64,000 nt of DNA from a bacterium (GCA_023249195.1 JAHFDB010000002.1:13911-77910); one strand, 5' to 3'; shown: positions 44,132 to 53,436, counted from the first letter of the stretch. Program-made: numbers and translations. Notes: generated from the letters alone by a model not told the origin.

Positions 44132-45943
44132 ATGCAACAAGATAAATTACGTAACATTGCCATTATTGCCCACGTCGACCACGGAAAAACCACACTCGTA
44201 GACCAGCTTTTCAAGCAAAGTGGGATGTTTAGAGATAACCAAGCTGTTGCAGAACGTCTCATGGATTCAATGGACCTAGAAAGAGAGCGGGGCATCACTA
44301 TCCGAGCAAAAAACGGACTTTTTCACTACAAAGACTATGCCGTCAATATTATCGATACTCCTGGCCACGCAGACTTTGGTGGACAGGTAGAACGTGTGCT
44401 TAAAATGGCAGACGCCGCACTCCTTTTGGTAGATGCTGCCGAAGGCCCGATGCCCCAAACCTATTTTGTACTCAAAAAAGCCCTATTTTTGGAATTACCG
44501 GTACTCGTAGTCATCAACAAAATCGACAAACCTGCAGCAAGATGCGACTGGGTTTTGGACCAAGTATTTGATCTTTTTGTAAGGTTGAATGCACCCGATC
44601 ATTTATTGGATTTTCCTGTCATTTATTCTTCTGCGAAAGAAGGCTTTGCTACAAACGACCCCAGCATCCCAGCCACCACAATGGAAGCACTTTTTGACAA
44701 AATTATCGATTTTGTTCCGCCACCCAAAGGTGATCCAAACGGTCCCCTTCAAATGCTTGTGAGTTCGTTAAGTTATTCCTCATTTTTAGGTCGTCTTGCG
44801 ATTGGAAAAATTACCTCAGGTGAGTTGAAAATTAACAAACCTGTTGTCGTAACAACAGATGGGATCACTCTAACACCCGCTAGAATTACCAAAATTTACC
44901 GATTTGAAGGCAATGACCAAAAAGAAACCGACCATGCCACAATAGGTGAGCTTGTCGCAGTGGCTGGAATGGAATTTATTACTGTAGGAGAAACACTTAC
45001 AGACCCCACAAATCCGATCCCACTACCGGCCATTGGTATTGACCCCCCCACCATTTCAATGAATTTTATCCCTAACGATTCCCCTTTTTCAGGACGTGAA
45101 GGCCAATTTGTCACTTCAAGACACATTAAAGAACGGCTCATGAGAGAAATTTTGTCTGATGTTGCATTAAAAGTTGAGGAACTCTCCGATGCTCCGGGAT
45201 ACAAAGTCTCTGGGCGAGGAGAACTGCACCTTTCGATTCTGATTGAAACCATGCGTCGAGAGGGCTATGAGCTTCAGGTAACCCGTCCCAAAGTAATCTA
45301 CAAAATAGAAAATGGAAAACGACTTGAACCTTACGAAGAACTTGTTGTAGACGTGGCCGAACTTTATATGGGGAAAGTAATTGAAAATCTAGGGGCCCGA
45401 AAAGGCCAACTTCTCGAAATGGTACAAGAAAACGGGATGGTTCGATTGAAATATAAAATTCCTACCCGTGGACTTTTAGGTTTTAAAGCCGAGTTTATGA
45501 CAGAAACCAAGGGCATGGGAGTTATGAACTATGTCTTTGCTGAATATGGCGACTATGCAGGAGAAATGCGAAACAGAAAACGAGGAGTCCTTATGTCTAA
45601 GGAGCAAGGCGAAACCGTGGGACATGCTCTAGAAAATCTTCAAGAACGAGGCGTCCTATTTTTAGGGCCTGGCGAAAAGGTATATGGTGGCCAAATTATT
45701 GGCGAAAATTCTCGTGAAGATGACATGGTTGTCAATCCCAGCAAAGGAAAAAAACTCACGAATATTCGAACCACCGCATCCGATGATGCAACCGTGCTCA
45801 CTCCGCCTACCATTATGAGCCTAGAAAATTGCATTGCCTTTATCAATGACGATGAATTGGTAGAAGTAACGCCTCAGAGCATTCGACTCAGAAAAGTATA
45901 TTTAGACGAAGTCGACCGAAAAAGATTTAAAGGTGGAGACTAG
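44132..45943 (+). CDS. typA: translational GTPase TypA/BipA
   Basis: 603 aa with [10 protein letters not shown] and DTPGHADF motifs and an EF-G-like domain order. Confidence 0.92.
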   Translation: MQQDKLRNIAIIAHVDHGKTTLVDQLFKQSGMFRDNQAVAERLMDSMDLERERGITIRAKNGLFHYKDYAVNIIDTPGHADFGGQVERVLKMADAALLLVDAAEGPMPQTYFVLKKALFLELPVLVVINKIDKPAARCDWVLDQVFDLFVRLNAPDHLLDFPVIYSSAKEGFATNDPSIPATTMEALFDKIIDFVPPPKGDPNGPLQMLVSSLSYSSFLGRLAIGKITSGELKINKPVVVTTDGITLTPARITKIYRFEGNDQKETDHATIGELVAVAGMEFITVGETLTDPTNPIPLPAIGIDPPTISMNFIPNDSPFSGREGQFVTSRHIKERLMREILSDVALKVEELSDAPGYKVSGRGELHLSILIETMRREGYELQVTRPKVIYKIENGKRLEPYEELVVDVAELYMGKVIENLGARKGQLLEMVQENGMVRLKYKIPTRGLLGFKAEFMTETKGMGVMNYVFAEYGDYAGEMRNRKRGVLMSKEQGETVGHALENLQERGVLFLGPGEKVYGGQIIGENSREDDMVVNPSKGKKLTNIRTTASDDATVLTPPTIMSLENCIAFINDDELVEVTPQSIRLRKVYLDEVDRKRFKGGD

Positions 45944-46725
45944 ACCTTTTTTAATGTAAACGCCATAAACAGGGGAAACTCTTTTCTAGAAGTGTTTTCC
46001 CTGGCGGCATTCTTCCCTACACTTGTCTTATCTGAAATCCACTCGTCAATTTGCTCGATATAGAATCCGGTTTGTTTAAATACTCGGGAATAGTCACTCA
46101 AAGGCACATGGAATGACCACGTTTGTTGAGCTTTATGAGGAGAACCCGGCGCCATATCGATAGGGATTTTCAAACGACTCATATAGGCTTTAAGTTTACG
46201 GTATTGAATCGGCCCCTCCACATGCCAAGAAGAATATTGAGGTACCCGCAATATAGGGTGATTTACGACAATAAAAGCCTGCCCACCTGGCTTTAAATGG
46301 GCAGCCATATTGATCATAACACCCTCAAGAGAAGCCATGTTTTGCAAAGCCAAAAGAATCACCCCGTGGGTAAAATTAGTTTTATTGAGCAAGAACTTTT
46401 GACAGACATCTTGGACCTTATAATAATGTGACCCCCCTTCAGGTTTCAACAATTTTGCATAGTCAATCAAAGACGAAGACGCATCCAACCCAAAATAAGT
46501 AAGCCCTTCTGGCATCACCCGAGAAAAAACACCCTGCCCACACCCCAACTCCAAAACAGAAGAAAATCGAGTCAGGGCCATCACCTTTAAAAGTCGAGGA
46601 AAAATCACGTGTTGGTGATAATAACTGCCTTCTCGCCCCACTAACTGGTGATACTCATTTGCACTCACTTCCCAAGACGTCTCTTTCATCGTTAAAAGTA
46701 TATCACACGCTTGATTACCACGCAT
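45940..46725 (-). CDS. class I SAM-dependent methyltransferase
   Basis: Motif I VLELGCGQGVF. Its stop overlaps the typA stop in a palindromic CTAG. Confidence 0.65.
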   Translation of the reverse strand: MRGNQACDILLTMKETSWEVSANEYHQLVGREGSYYHQHVIFPRLLKVMALTRFSSVLELGCGQGVFSRVMPEGLTYFGLDASSSLIDYAKLLKPEGGSHYYKVQDVCQKFLLNKTNFTHGVILLALQNMASLEGVMINMAAHLKPGGQAFIVVNHPILRVPQYSSWHVEGPIQYRKLKAYMSRLKIPIDMAPGSPHKAQQTWSFHVPLSDYSRVFKQTGFYIEQIDEWISDKTSVGKNAARENTSRKEFPLFMAFTLKKV

Positions 46726-46745
46726 AAAAGTGGTTAAATAAAAGA

Positions 46746-47363
46746 ATGACAGAAAAACTCACCCCCATGCAGGCACGTGTCTATACCTTCATTTGTGAGT
46801 TTGCTCAAGAAAACGGGTTTCCCCCTTCCTATTCTGAGATGGCTAAAAAATTCAATTTTTCCTCGGACGGCACTATCAGAACCTATCTGGAACACCTAGA
46901 AAAGAAAGGCTATATCCAACGCCTAGGCCAAGCCAGAGGCCTCAAACTATTAGTGAATCCCCAAACAAAACAAGGACAGGCGATCCCTATCGTCGGTAAA
47001 ATAGCCGCAGGCCCACCTAATGCCGCTATAGAGACACATGAAGGAACACTTGCAGATATTCCTCAGCTTCATCCAGAGAAAGGCCGTATGGCCCTTAAAA
47101 TCAAGGGGGACAGCATGCAAGACGCGGGCATTCTCGACGGAGACCTTGCCATCATTCAAAAAGATGTCCCTGTTCCCAACGGTCACATAGGCGCCGTTTT
47201 TATAGACGGAACAGCCACTCTAAAGCGCCTCTTCTACGAAAAAGACAAGGTCAAACTTCAACCCGAGAACACCGCCTACGAACCCCTCTACCTCGACAAA
47301 ACCAACCCCAATACCCACATTATCGGACGCCTAATCGCAGTAGTACGAAATCAGATTTTCTAA
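46746..47363 (+). CDS. lexA: LexA repressor (S24 self-cleaving)
   Basis: N-terminal wHTH, an AAGPP cleavage site, GDSM Ser and LKR Lys. Confidence 0.9.
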   Translation: MTEKLTPMQARVYTFICEFAQENGFPPSYSEMAKKFNFSSDGTIRTYLEHLEKKGYIQRLGQARGLKLLVNPQTKQGQAIPIVGKIAAGPPNAAIETHEGTLADIPQLHPEKGRMALKIKGDSMQDAGILDGDLAIIQKDVPVPNGHIGAVFIDGTATLKRLFYEKDKVKLQPENTAYEPLYLDKTNPNTHIIGRLIAVVRNQIF

Positions 47364-48406
47364 GAAACCAAGGCCTGCATCACCCTAAAAATAAGTTTTC
47401 GATTTTTCTTAAACAACACCAAGCCACTCCCAATCAAAAGAACACTCAATCCGACCATTAAAACCTGCTGCATCCCCGTAGATATGTATAAAAGCACAGA
47501 CAAAATACCCAATACAGCCGTCACAAAATAACTAAACAAAGCAATCTGCTTTTGAGTCAAACCAGAATGCAGCAATTCATGATGAAAGTGTCCCTTATCC
47601 GGCTTAAAAATAGCCTGTTTATTTTTAAATCGCCTCAGAATAGCGTATAGCATGTCTAAAATAGGAATTCCCAAAACCAAGATGGGCACAAAAACACGCC
47701 AAGACAAATCCCCTGCCATCACCCCCCTTACGGACACCAAACCCAGCATATAGCCCAAGAACATAGACCCTGTATCCCCCATAAAAATACTCGCCGGAGG
47801 AAAATTAAAACACAAAAACCCCAAAGTTGAACCCATAACAGCCAGCATAAGCACCATCGAAGTCATGTGCCCAGACTGGAAAGAAACCAAGGCCAAAACA
47901 GCGGCTGCAATAAAAGAAATGCCCGCAGCCAAACCATCTAACCCATCAATCAAATTAATCGTATTAATAATACTAATCACAAAAAATATGGTCACAGGAA
48001 CGGCCATAATTCCCAAAGAAAACGAGCCCACAAAAGGAACAGAAAGCGTCGATAACACCACCCCTTGGCTCACCGGAATCCAGGCCATAAACACTTGCCC
48101 AAACAACTTCACCAACGGCCGAATGCACAAAACATCATCAATAATACCCAAAACCAAAATAAAAAAAGCGCCCAACAACATGCCACGAAAATCCAAACTA
48201 AAGGCATATTGACCAATGGTTTGCACACTTAACAAAGCACCCAAACAAATGGCAACCCCGCCCAGGTGTGGAATAGGCGATGTATGAACTTTTCGGTCAG
48301 ACGGAGGATCGATAAACCCAAATTTAAGCGATACTTTTTTAACAACAGGCGTAATAATAAGACTAGAAATAAAAGCAAGAAAAAAAACAGAAAAAATAGA
48401 GGTCAT
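47360..48406 (-). CDS. UDP-GlcNAc:undecaprenyl-phosphate GlcNAc-1-phosphate transferase (WecA/TagO, GT4 polyprenyl-phosphate transferase family)
   Basis: Motif FIDPPSDRKVHTSPIPHLGG, with more than nine TM helices. ATG at 48406 is preferred over GTG at 48421. Confidence 0.75.
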   Translation of the reverse strand: MTSIFSVFFLAFISSLIITPVVKKVSLKFGFIDPPSDRKVHTSPIPHLGGVAICLGALLSVQTIGQYAFSLDFRGMLLGAFFILVLGIIDDVLCIRPLVKLFGQVFMAWIPVSQGVVLSTLSVPFVGSFSLGIMAVPVTIFFVISIINTINLIDGLDGLAAGISFIAAAVLALVSFQSGHMTSMVLMLAVMGSTLGFLCFNFPPASIFMGDTGSMFLGYMLGLVSVRGVMAGDLSWRVFVPILVLGIPILDMLYAILRRFKNKQAIFKPDKGHFHHELLHSGLTQKQIALFSYFVTAVLGILSVLLYISTGMQQVLMVGLSVLLIGSGLVLFKKNRKLIFRVMQALVS

Positions 48407-48427
48407 TATTAAATTATACACAAAAAA

Positions 48428-48453
48428 AGCCAGGATTGCTCCTGGCTTTTTTT
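48428..48453 (-). terminator. rho-independent terminator (bidirectional hairpin) downstream of the 48473..49015 gene
   Basis: AGCCAGG-attgct-CCTGGCT is a perfect 7-bp stem, flanked by an A7 run 5' and a T7 run 3'. Confidence 0.65.
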
Positions 48454-48472
48454 GAATAAAAGGGCTAAAGAA

Positions 48473-49015
48473 CTATAAAGTTACATTTATTCCTAATACT
48501 GGATAGAAAGTTTTCATAACACCTATTTGAGCTTGATTTGTGCTGTTGCCCATCTTGATATCTAACAAAATCACTTGAAGACCAATACTGATTTTATCAG
48601 TGATCTTAGCCATAAACTTCTTTGTAAGATCAATATTTGTCAACATGAAGGCACCACCCCCTGCAAGGGTCTTTACGCTACCTTCATCACTAGGACCTTG
48701 ACCCCAAACTGTCAACACATCCACATTTCCAACCAAAGGAAGATTTGCATTGATACCTACAATTGAGTTAATATCCGAACCACGACCACCTGTAGTATCT
48801 GTCGCCACAGCACTAGCCACTTTAGAAGAGGTGCTAAAATTAGCAGAAAAACCTACTACTGCAGAAATATCATCGGTCAAAGGCACATAGGCTTTTGTGA
48901 TTGGACCTCCGCCTAAATTTCCATTAAAACCTGTTACTGTGTCAAAAGACATTGCACTTACTGATGATGCGGCTACCATAACTCCTAAAACTGCTGCTAC
49001 TAACGCTTTTTTCAT
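48473..49015 (-). CDS. secreted/outer-membrane protein, unknown function
   Basis: Signal peptide MKKALVAAVLGVMVAASSVSA, followed by alternating hydrophobic beta-strand-like segments. Confidence 0.55.
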   Translation of the reverse strand: MKKALVAAVLGVMVAASSVSAMSFDTVTGFNGNLGGGPITKAYVPLTDDISAVVGFSANFSTSSKVASAVATDTTGGRGSDINSIVGINANLPLVGNVDVLTVWGQGPSDEGSVKTLAGGGAFMLTNIDLTKKFMAKITDKISIGLQVILLDIKMGNSTNQAQIGVMKTFYPVLGINVTL

Positions 49016-49212
49016 ATCGAACTGCTCCTTAATAAGTCTGTTTTATTTATTGATTCAATTACCAATGGATGACGAGTGTGGAACAAACCTCCTTTCTATA
49101 AAAATGTCACTACTTTACCAAGGAATATGAGCGCCTTGTTAGAAATATGTTTTAATTCTAATCAATTTTAAGACCCGATGCAACCCCAATGACCTGATAT
49201 ACTTGTAAAAAC

Positions 49213-49758
49213 ATGAATACGCTTAAAACAGAAGGCATTATTTTAATCTCAAAACCCTTTTTTGAAAAAGATCGCATGGTGGATATTTTAACTCCAGAAC
49301 AAGGAAAAATGCGGCTTTTAGCCAAAGGCGCCAACAGCCCCAAAAAAAACTCGTTTTCAGCCTTGCAACCAACCCTTCATGCGCGATTTTCGTTAAGCCC
49401 CACCAAAAGCTTTACCTTCGTAAATGGAACAGATGCACTGCATTCTTTCCCTGGTATCAGAGACTCGTTCAACAAGATTAGCCTCGCATGTTATTTTTTG
49501 GAAATTGCACGAAAATCGACCGTCTATCATCAATCTCACACCCGTCTGTTTTCCCTATTGCTAGAAGTCCTTTTAAAACTTGAGCTGGGCGAAGACATTT
49601 TAGACAAGCTTTTGGAACTCAAAACCCACTTCCAAACCCAATTTTTAATTGCGGAAGGGTTGCTAGAAGAAAACAGTCCCATTTCGGATTATTCTTTCAA
49701 AAAAAGTGTCGAAAGCTACTGCTCACAGGTCATTCTGTCGCCAGTTTTTCTCACTTAA
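49213..49758 (+). CDS. recO: RecO-like recombination mediator (N-terminal OB domain only, short)
   Basis: N-terminus LKTEGIILISKPFFEKDRMVDILTPEQGKMRLLAKGA matches the RecO N-domain. At 181 aa it lacks the C-terminal zinc-finger region. Confidence 0.5.
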   Translation: MNTLKTEGIILISKPFFEKDRMVDILTPEQGKMRLLAKGANSPKKNSFSALQPTLHARFSLSPTKSFTFVNGTDALHSFPGIRDSFNKISLACYFLEIARKSTVYHQSHTRLFSLLLEVLLKLELGEDILDKLLELKTHFQTQFLIAEGLLEENSPISDYSFKKSVESYCSQVILSPVFLT

Positions 49759-50174
49759 ATTCCGGTCAAATCTATGCCTTTTTCAGACAAAACAGACCTG
49801 AGGGCCTTACGCAAACCCGGACATAAGCTTACTTCTTCCAAAATAGATTCCGCTGTTTCCCACAAATCGGGCCAATACGGATATTTGCGACAATGGGTAG
49901 GGCGCGCTTCATAGATGCGACATTCATTTTTTTCATTTAAAAAACAATGCGGACGATGATTTTTTGAGGCCAAAACATACCAACCGTTATCTCTGTATGT
50001 ATACCGTTCGATAAAAGCCGCCACCTCTATATCCAAGACAGCTGCCATCCGCTTAATTTCGGTCAAGCTTCCGTAAACAACCCCGTCTCGGCGACAACAA
50101 TTTCCCGATTTTTGGCATTGAAACTTGGCCAAAATCTCATCTTTTAATAAAGGTAATCGAGAGGAAGGAAACAT
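49755..50174 (-). CDS. YkgJ-family Fe-S/zinc cluster protein (CxxCxxCC domain)
   Basis: Contains FQCQKSGNCCR and downstream C...C..YP motifs. Confidence 0.65.
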   Translation of the reverse strand: MFPSSRLPLLKDEILAKFQCQKSGNCCRRDGVVYGSLTEIKRMAAVLDIEVAAFIERYTYRDNGWYVLASKNHRPHCFLNEKNECRIYEARPTHCRKYPYWPDLWETAESILEEVSLCPGLRKALRSVLSEKGIDLTGI

Positions 50175-50262
50175 AAAAACACCTATAGGGTTCGCAAAAG
50201 TGGGTCTAAATCATAAACAATGCATTTTAGTTTTGAGATAAAAACTATAGAATACTACACCC

Positions 50263-51651
50263 ATGGACGAATCTTTAAAACCTACGCTTTTAACATTGTG
50301 GCAGCAAGAACTCCACTCAAACCCTAAGTTAGCTGAAAATTCAAAAGAACTTTTGAACACCTTACTTCATACCATTGAAACAAAAACCATTCCCTCTATT
50401 TCTGCCCAAAGCCTTGAGCCCATACTCGTCATGTGGCATCAATTACTGAAACAACAGCATCATGCGGGACTCAGCGTCAAAGATACAGCGATGCTGCTTC
50501 TTTCTCTCAAAACAACCCTATCACGCAGTATGGAAGACGGCACGCTAAACAATGAACCCAAACTTACTACCCTAGTAGATATGCTCAGTGTCTTTTCTTT
50601 TGAACTGTATAGCGCGCAACAGGAGCAGGTTATTGAGAAACAAAACAATCAAATTGAATATCTTCAAACCAATCGCACATTACCTCCTTACAACACTCTT
50701 TTAGGGGAAAGCCCTCAGATGCAAGCCGTGTACAAGGCCATGGACTTAGTGTTAGACAATGACATTACAGTCTTACTTCAAGGCGAAAGCGGCACAGGAA
50801 AAGATGTCATTGCGACAGCCATTCATGAACACTCAAAACGCAATAAAAAACCATTTATTACCCTCAATTGTGGAGCCATTCCCAAAGAGCTTATCGAATC
50901 TGAATTATTTGGGCATGAAAAAGGATCCTTTACGGGGGCTCAAGAACGTAGGCTAGGGAAATTTGAACTCGCCGATGGGGGGACTCTGTTCCTAGACGAA
51001 ATTGCCGAGCTTCCTCTGGATCTTCAAGTCAAACTATTACGTGTCTTGCAAAACAAAGAAATTGAACGGGTAGGTGGAAGCCAAAAAATATCAATCAATG
51101 CGCGTATTATTGCCGCCACTAACCAAGACCTGAACACCGCCGTAAAAAAGGGGGCCTTTCGGTTAGATCTGTTCTATAGGCTTAACGTATACCCCATTCA
51201 TATTCCTTCCTTAAGGGAACGCAAAGAAGACATTGTGATGTTAGCCCTTCATTTCCTGCATCTATATAGCCACCAATTTAAAACCCCAGCCCAAACCCTC
51301 ACCGCTGACGCCCAACAGTTTTTACTCGCTCAAAAATGGGAAGGCAATGTCAGAGAATTAGAGAATATGATGCAACGTGCTGCCTTGCTATCAAAAACCA
51401 AGGATGTCAGCGCGGATATCCTCTCATGGCAGCCTGGCAAACTTACCCAAGCTACCCCCGCACAACCGTTAGCACTTCCTCTAAGAACCATTGTCCCTTT
51501 GGCCACACTCGAAGCCCAGGCTCTAACCACAGCCCTTAAAATTACAGGGGGAAACATCAAACAAGCCGCCATAGAGCTAGGAATTTCACGCACCACTTTC
51601 TATAACAAGGCCAAGCTTTATAGCCTTCCACTCGATGAGGCAAAAAACTAA
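50263..51651 (+). CDS. sigma-54-dependent transcriptional activator (AAA+ EBP) with a non-receiver N-terminal domain
   Basis: Walker A GESGTGKD, a GAFTGA-type segment (GSFTGA), an ESELFGHEKG motif and a C-terminal Fis-type HTH. The N-terminal 160 aa are not a REC domain. Confidence 0.85.
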   Translation: MDESLKPTLLTLWQQELHSNPKLAENSKELLNTLLHTIETKTIPSISAQSLEPILVMWHQLLKQQHHAGLSVKDTAMLLLSLKTTLSRSMEDGTLNNEPKLTTLVDMLSVFSFELYSAQQEQVIEKQNNQIEYLQTNRTLPPYNTLLGESPQMQAVYKAMDLVLDNDITVLLQGESGTGKDVIATAIHEHSKRNKKPFITLNCGAIPKELIESELFGHEKGSFTGAQERRLGKFELADGGTLFLDEIAELPLDLQVKLLRVLQNKEIERVGGSQKISINARIIAATNQDLNTAVKKGAFRLDLFYRLNVYPIHIPSLRERKEDIVMLALHFLHLYSHQFKTPAQTLTADAQQFLLAQKWEGNVRELENMMQRAALLSKTKDVSADILSWQPGKLTQATPAQPLALPLRTIVPLATLEAQALTTALKITGGNIKQAAIELGISRTTFYNKAKLYSLPLDEAKN

Positions 51652-52058
51652 ATATTTTGTAATTTAAGTATTTCGGTTTTATTGCCAGAACCCAAAATAC
51701 TGATCGCGTACACCCCCGTATCTGCACTGTAGGTATAGGAAATTTTCCCAGAATCATCCGTATCTGTATAGGTTTTCCCGGTGAAAGGATTGGTAGGCGT
51801 TTTGCCCAACTCCCCGTCTCCTTGCAATAAACTCGACAACTCACTCAAAGACAAGGAACCCGTAGGATAACTCCCCTTACTGAGATAATAAGACTCTAGA
51901 GCCACCTGAAGCGTATGCCCAACCGCCTTAACAGAGGTTTCCTTAGCCTTATTTTGAATCAAAGAAAAATTGGGAAACACAATGGCGCTAATAATCCCAA
52001 TAATCGCAATAACCAACACCAACTCTATCAAAGTAAAGCCTCGTTGTTTTTCTCTCAT
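51648..52058 (-). CDS. type IV pilin / T2SS pseudopilin-like protein (prepilin N-terminal methylation motif)
   Basis: N-terminus GFTLIELVLVIAIIGII. Confidence 0.8.
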   Translation of the reverse strand: MREKQRGFTLIELVLVIAIIGIISAIVFPNFSLIQNKAKETSVKAVGHTLQVALESYYLSKGSYPTGSLSLSELSSLLQGDGELGKTPTNPFTGKTYTDTDDSGKISYTYSADTGVYAISILGSGNKTEILKLQNI

Positions 52059-52080
52059 GAAACATCCTTTCTTGAACTAA

Positions 52081-52109
52081 AGATACAAGAAAAGATACCT
52101 CGATATTTA
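52081..52109 (-). promoter_or_regulatory. candidate sigma-70 promoter for the pilin-like gene
   Basis: TTGACG-17 nt-TATCTT on the minus strand, followed by an AAGGA Shine-Dalgarno. Confidence 0.35.
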
Positions 52110-52122
52110 CATTGCGTCAATT

Positions 52123-52983
52123 TTATTTTTTATTAAACTTAAAAGAGAGTAAGAACGTTGCAAGTAAAATGCCTAAAATGATACTCAGAGAAGCCATCAG
52201 GGGAATAGCGTAAAAATCGTCCGCTATCATCTTAACTCCCACAAAAATCAAAATAGCGCCTAATCCATAATGAAGAAACCTTACTTTAGTGAGAGCGTGC
52301 GAAATCACAAAATAAAGAGATCTCAAACTTAAAACAGCAAAAAGATTAGAAGTAATCACAATAAAAGAGTCTGTGGTAATACCCAAAATAGCAGGAATAG
52401 AGTCCATCGCAAAAACCAGATCCGTGAACTCAATAACCACGAGAGTTAAAAAAAGCGGAGTCCCCCACCATTGGGTCCCTTTTCTGACAAAAAAAGCGCC
52501 TCCATGAAACTCAGAAGTCAATGGAAGCCGCCTCTGAATCCATTTAAGAAAGTACCCCTCTCCGACAGGTATTTCTCGAGGCGTATCCAAAACCGACTTA
52601 ACCCCGGTCACAATCAAAAAAGCCCCCAAAAGATAAAAAACCCAATGAAACCGATGCAATACACCAATGCCTGCAAAAACAAACAAGGCACGCATAAAAA
52701 CAGCACCCCAAATTCCCCAAAACAAAACACGCTGATGCGCATGATGAGGCACTTTGAAAAAAGCAAAAATAGTAATCATCACAAATAAGTTATCGACACT
52801 TAAAGACTGCTCCACAATATAGCCGGTTAAAAAAGCCAAGGCCTGAGAGGCCCCCGAAAAATAGAAAATACCCAGGTTAAACACCAGCGCCAAGATCCAC
52901 CAAAACAACAACCACTTCAAAGCAATTTTAAAGGACATACAGGGACTATATACAACAAAATCAAGGCTGTCCACACCTCGCAT
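52123..52983 (-). CDS. TerC-family integral membrane protein
   Basis: Seven-TM TerC/Alx signature (SVDNLFVMITIF). Start is either the ATG at 52983 or the internal Met at about 52938. Confidence 0.8.
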   Translation of the reverse strand: MRGVDSLDFVVYSPCMSFKIALKWLLFWWILALVFNLGIFYFSGASQALAFLTGYIVEQSLSVDNLFVMITIFAFFKVPHHAHQRVLFWGIWGAVFMRALFVFAGIGVLHRFHWVFYLLGAFLIVTGVKSVLDTPREIPVGEGYFLKWIQRRLPLTSEFHGGAFFVRKGTQWWGTPLFLTLVVIEFTDLVFAMDSIPAILGITTDSFIVITSNLFAVLSLRSLYFVISHALTKVRFLHYGLGAILIFVGVKMIADDFYAIPLMASLSIILGILLATFLLSFKFNKK

Positions 52984-52987
52984 ACTC

Positions 52988-53002
52988 GCCTCAAAATGAG
53001 GC
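52988..53002 (-). promoter_or_regulatory. 5'-leader hairpin sequestering the TerC Shine-Dalgarno
   Basis: GCCTCA-AAA-TGAGGC (6-bp stem) sits immediately 5' of the ATG. The GAGG Shine-Dalgarno lies in the 3' arm. Confidence 0.35.
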
Positions 53003-53165
53003 TAGAAACAATAAAAAACAAAGATACCCCTTGCTAAATAAAAAAAAAGCCTCTAAATTAGTCCGAAAGGAGGTGACAAAATCCCCATTTTGGCAAGTTG
53101 TGCAAGTAATACAAATTGAAGATGAAAAAAAAACTAATTTTATTAACAATGGAGGTTCCTAAATT

Positions 53166-53372
53166 ATGGCAATTGAGTTTTATGATGTTAAAGACAGAAA
53201 AAAAGTAAAAGTAGAAGAAAAAGACATTACCAAGACCAAGTATGAGAGAAAACTAAAAGATGGAAGTGTTCAAATCAGATATGCATTTCGCGCAAAGCAC
53301 AGTGGGCGTCAATTGACAAAGTTTTGCTCTAAAGTAGATTGGGATAAAGTAAAAGCAGCTGTAGAAAAATAG
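53166..53372 (+). CDS. small basic hypothetical protein (68 aa)
   Basis: GGAGG Shine-Dalgarno 7 nt upstream, a Lys/Arg-rich sequence, followed by a strong terminator. Confidence 0.55.
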   Translation: MAIEFYDVKDRKKVKVEEKDITKTKYERKLKDGSVQIRYAFRAKHSGRQLTKFCSKVDWDKVKAAVEK

Positions 53373-53404
53373 GTCTTTTATTTCCTAAAGTAAAAAGCAA
53401 ACGA

Positions 53405-53434
53405 CCCCTTCCAGACACCATGGAAGGGGTTTTT
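53405..53434. terminator. bidirectional rho-independent terminator between the convergent 53166 gene and the ABC permease
   Basis: CCCCTTCC-agacaccat-GGAAGGGG (8-bp GC-rich stem) followed by TTTTT. Confidence 0.65.
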
Positions 53435-53436
53435 GG

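Noticed and set aside
53085-53101. TTGGCAAGTTGTGCA resembling a sigma-54 -24/-12 element
   Set aside because: The GG-to-GC spacing is 8 nt rather than the required 10 nt, so it is not a canonical RpoN promoter.
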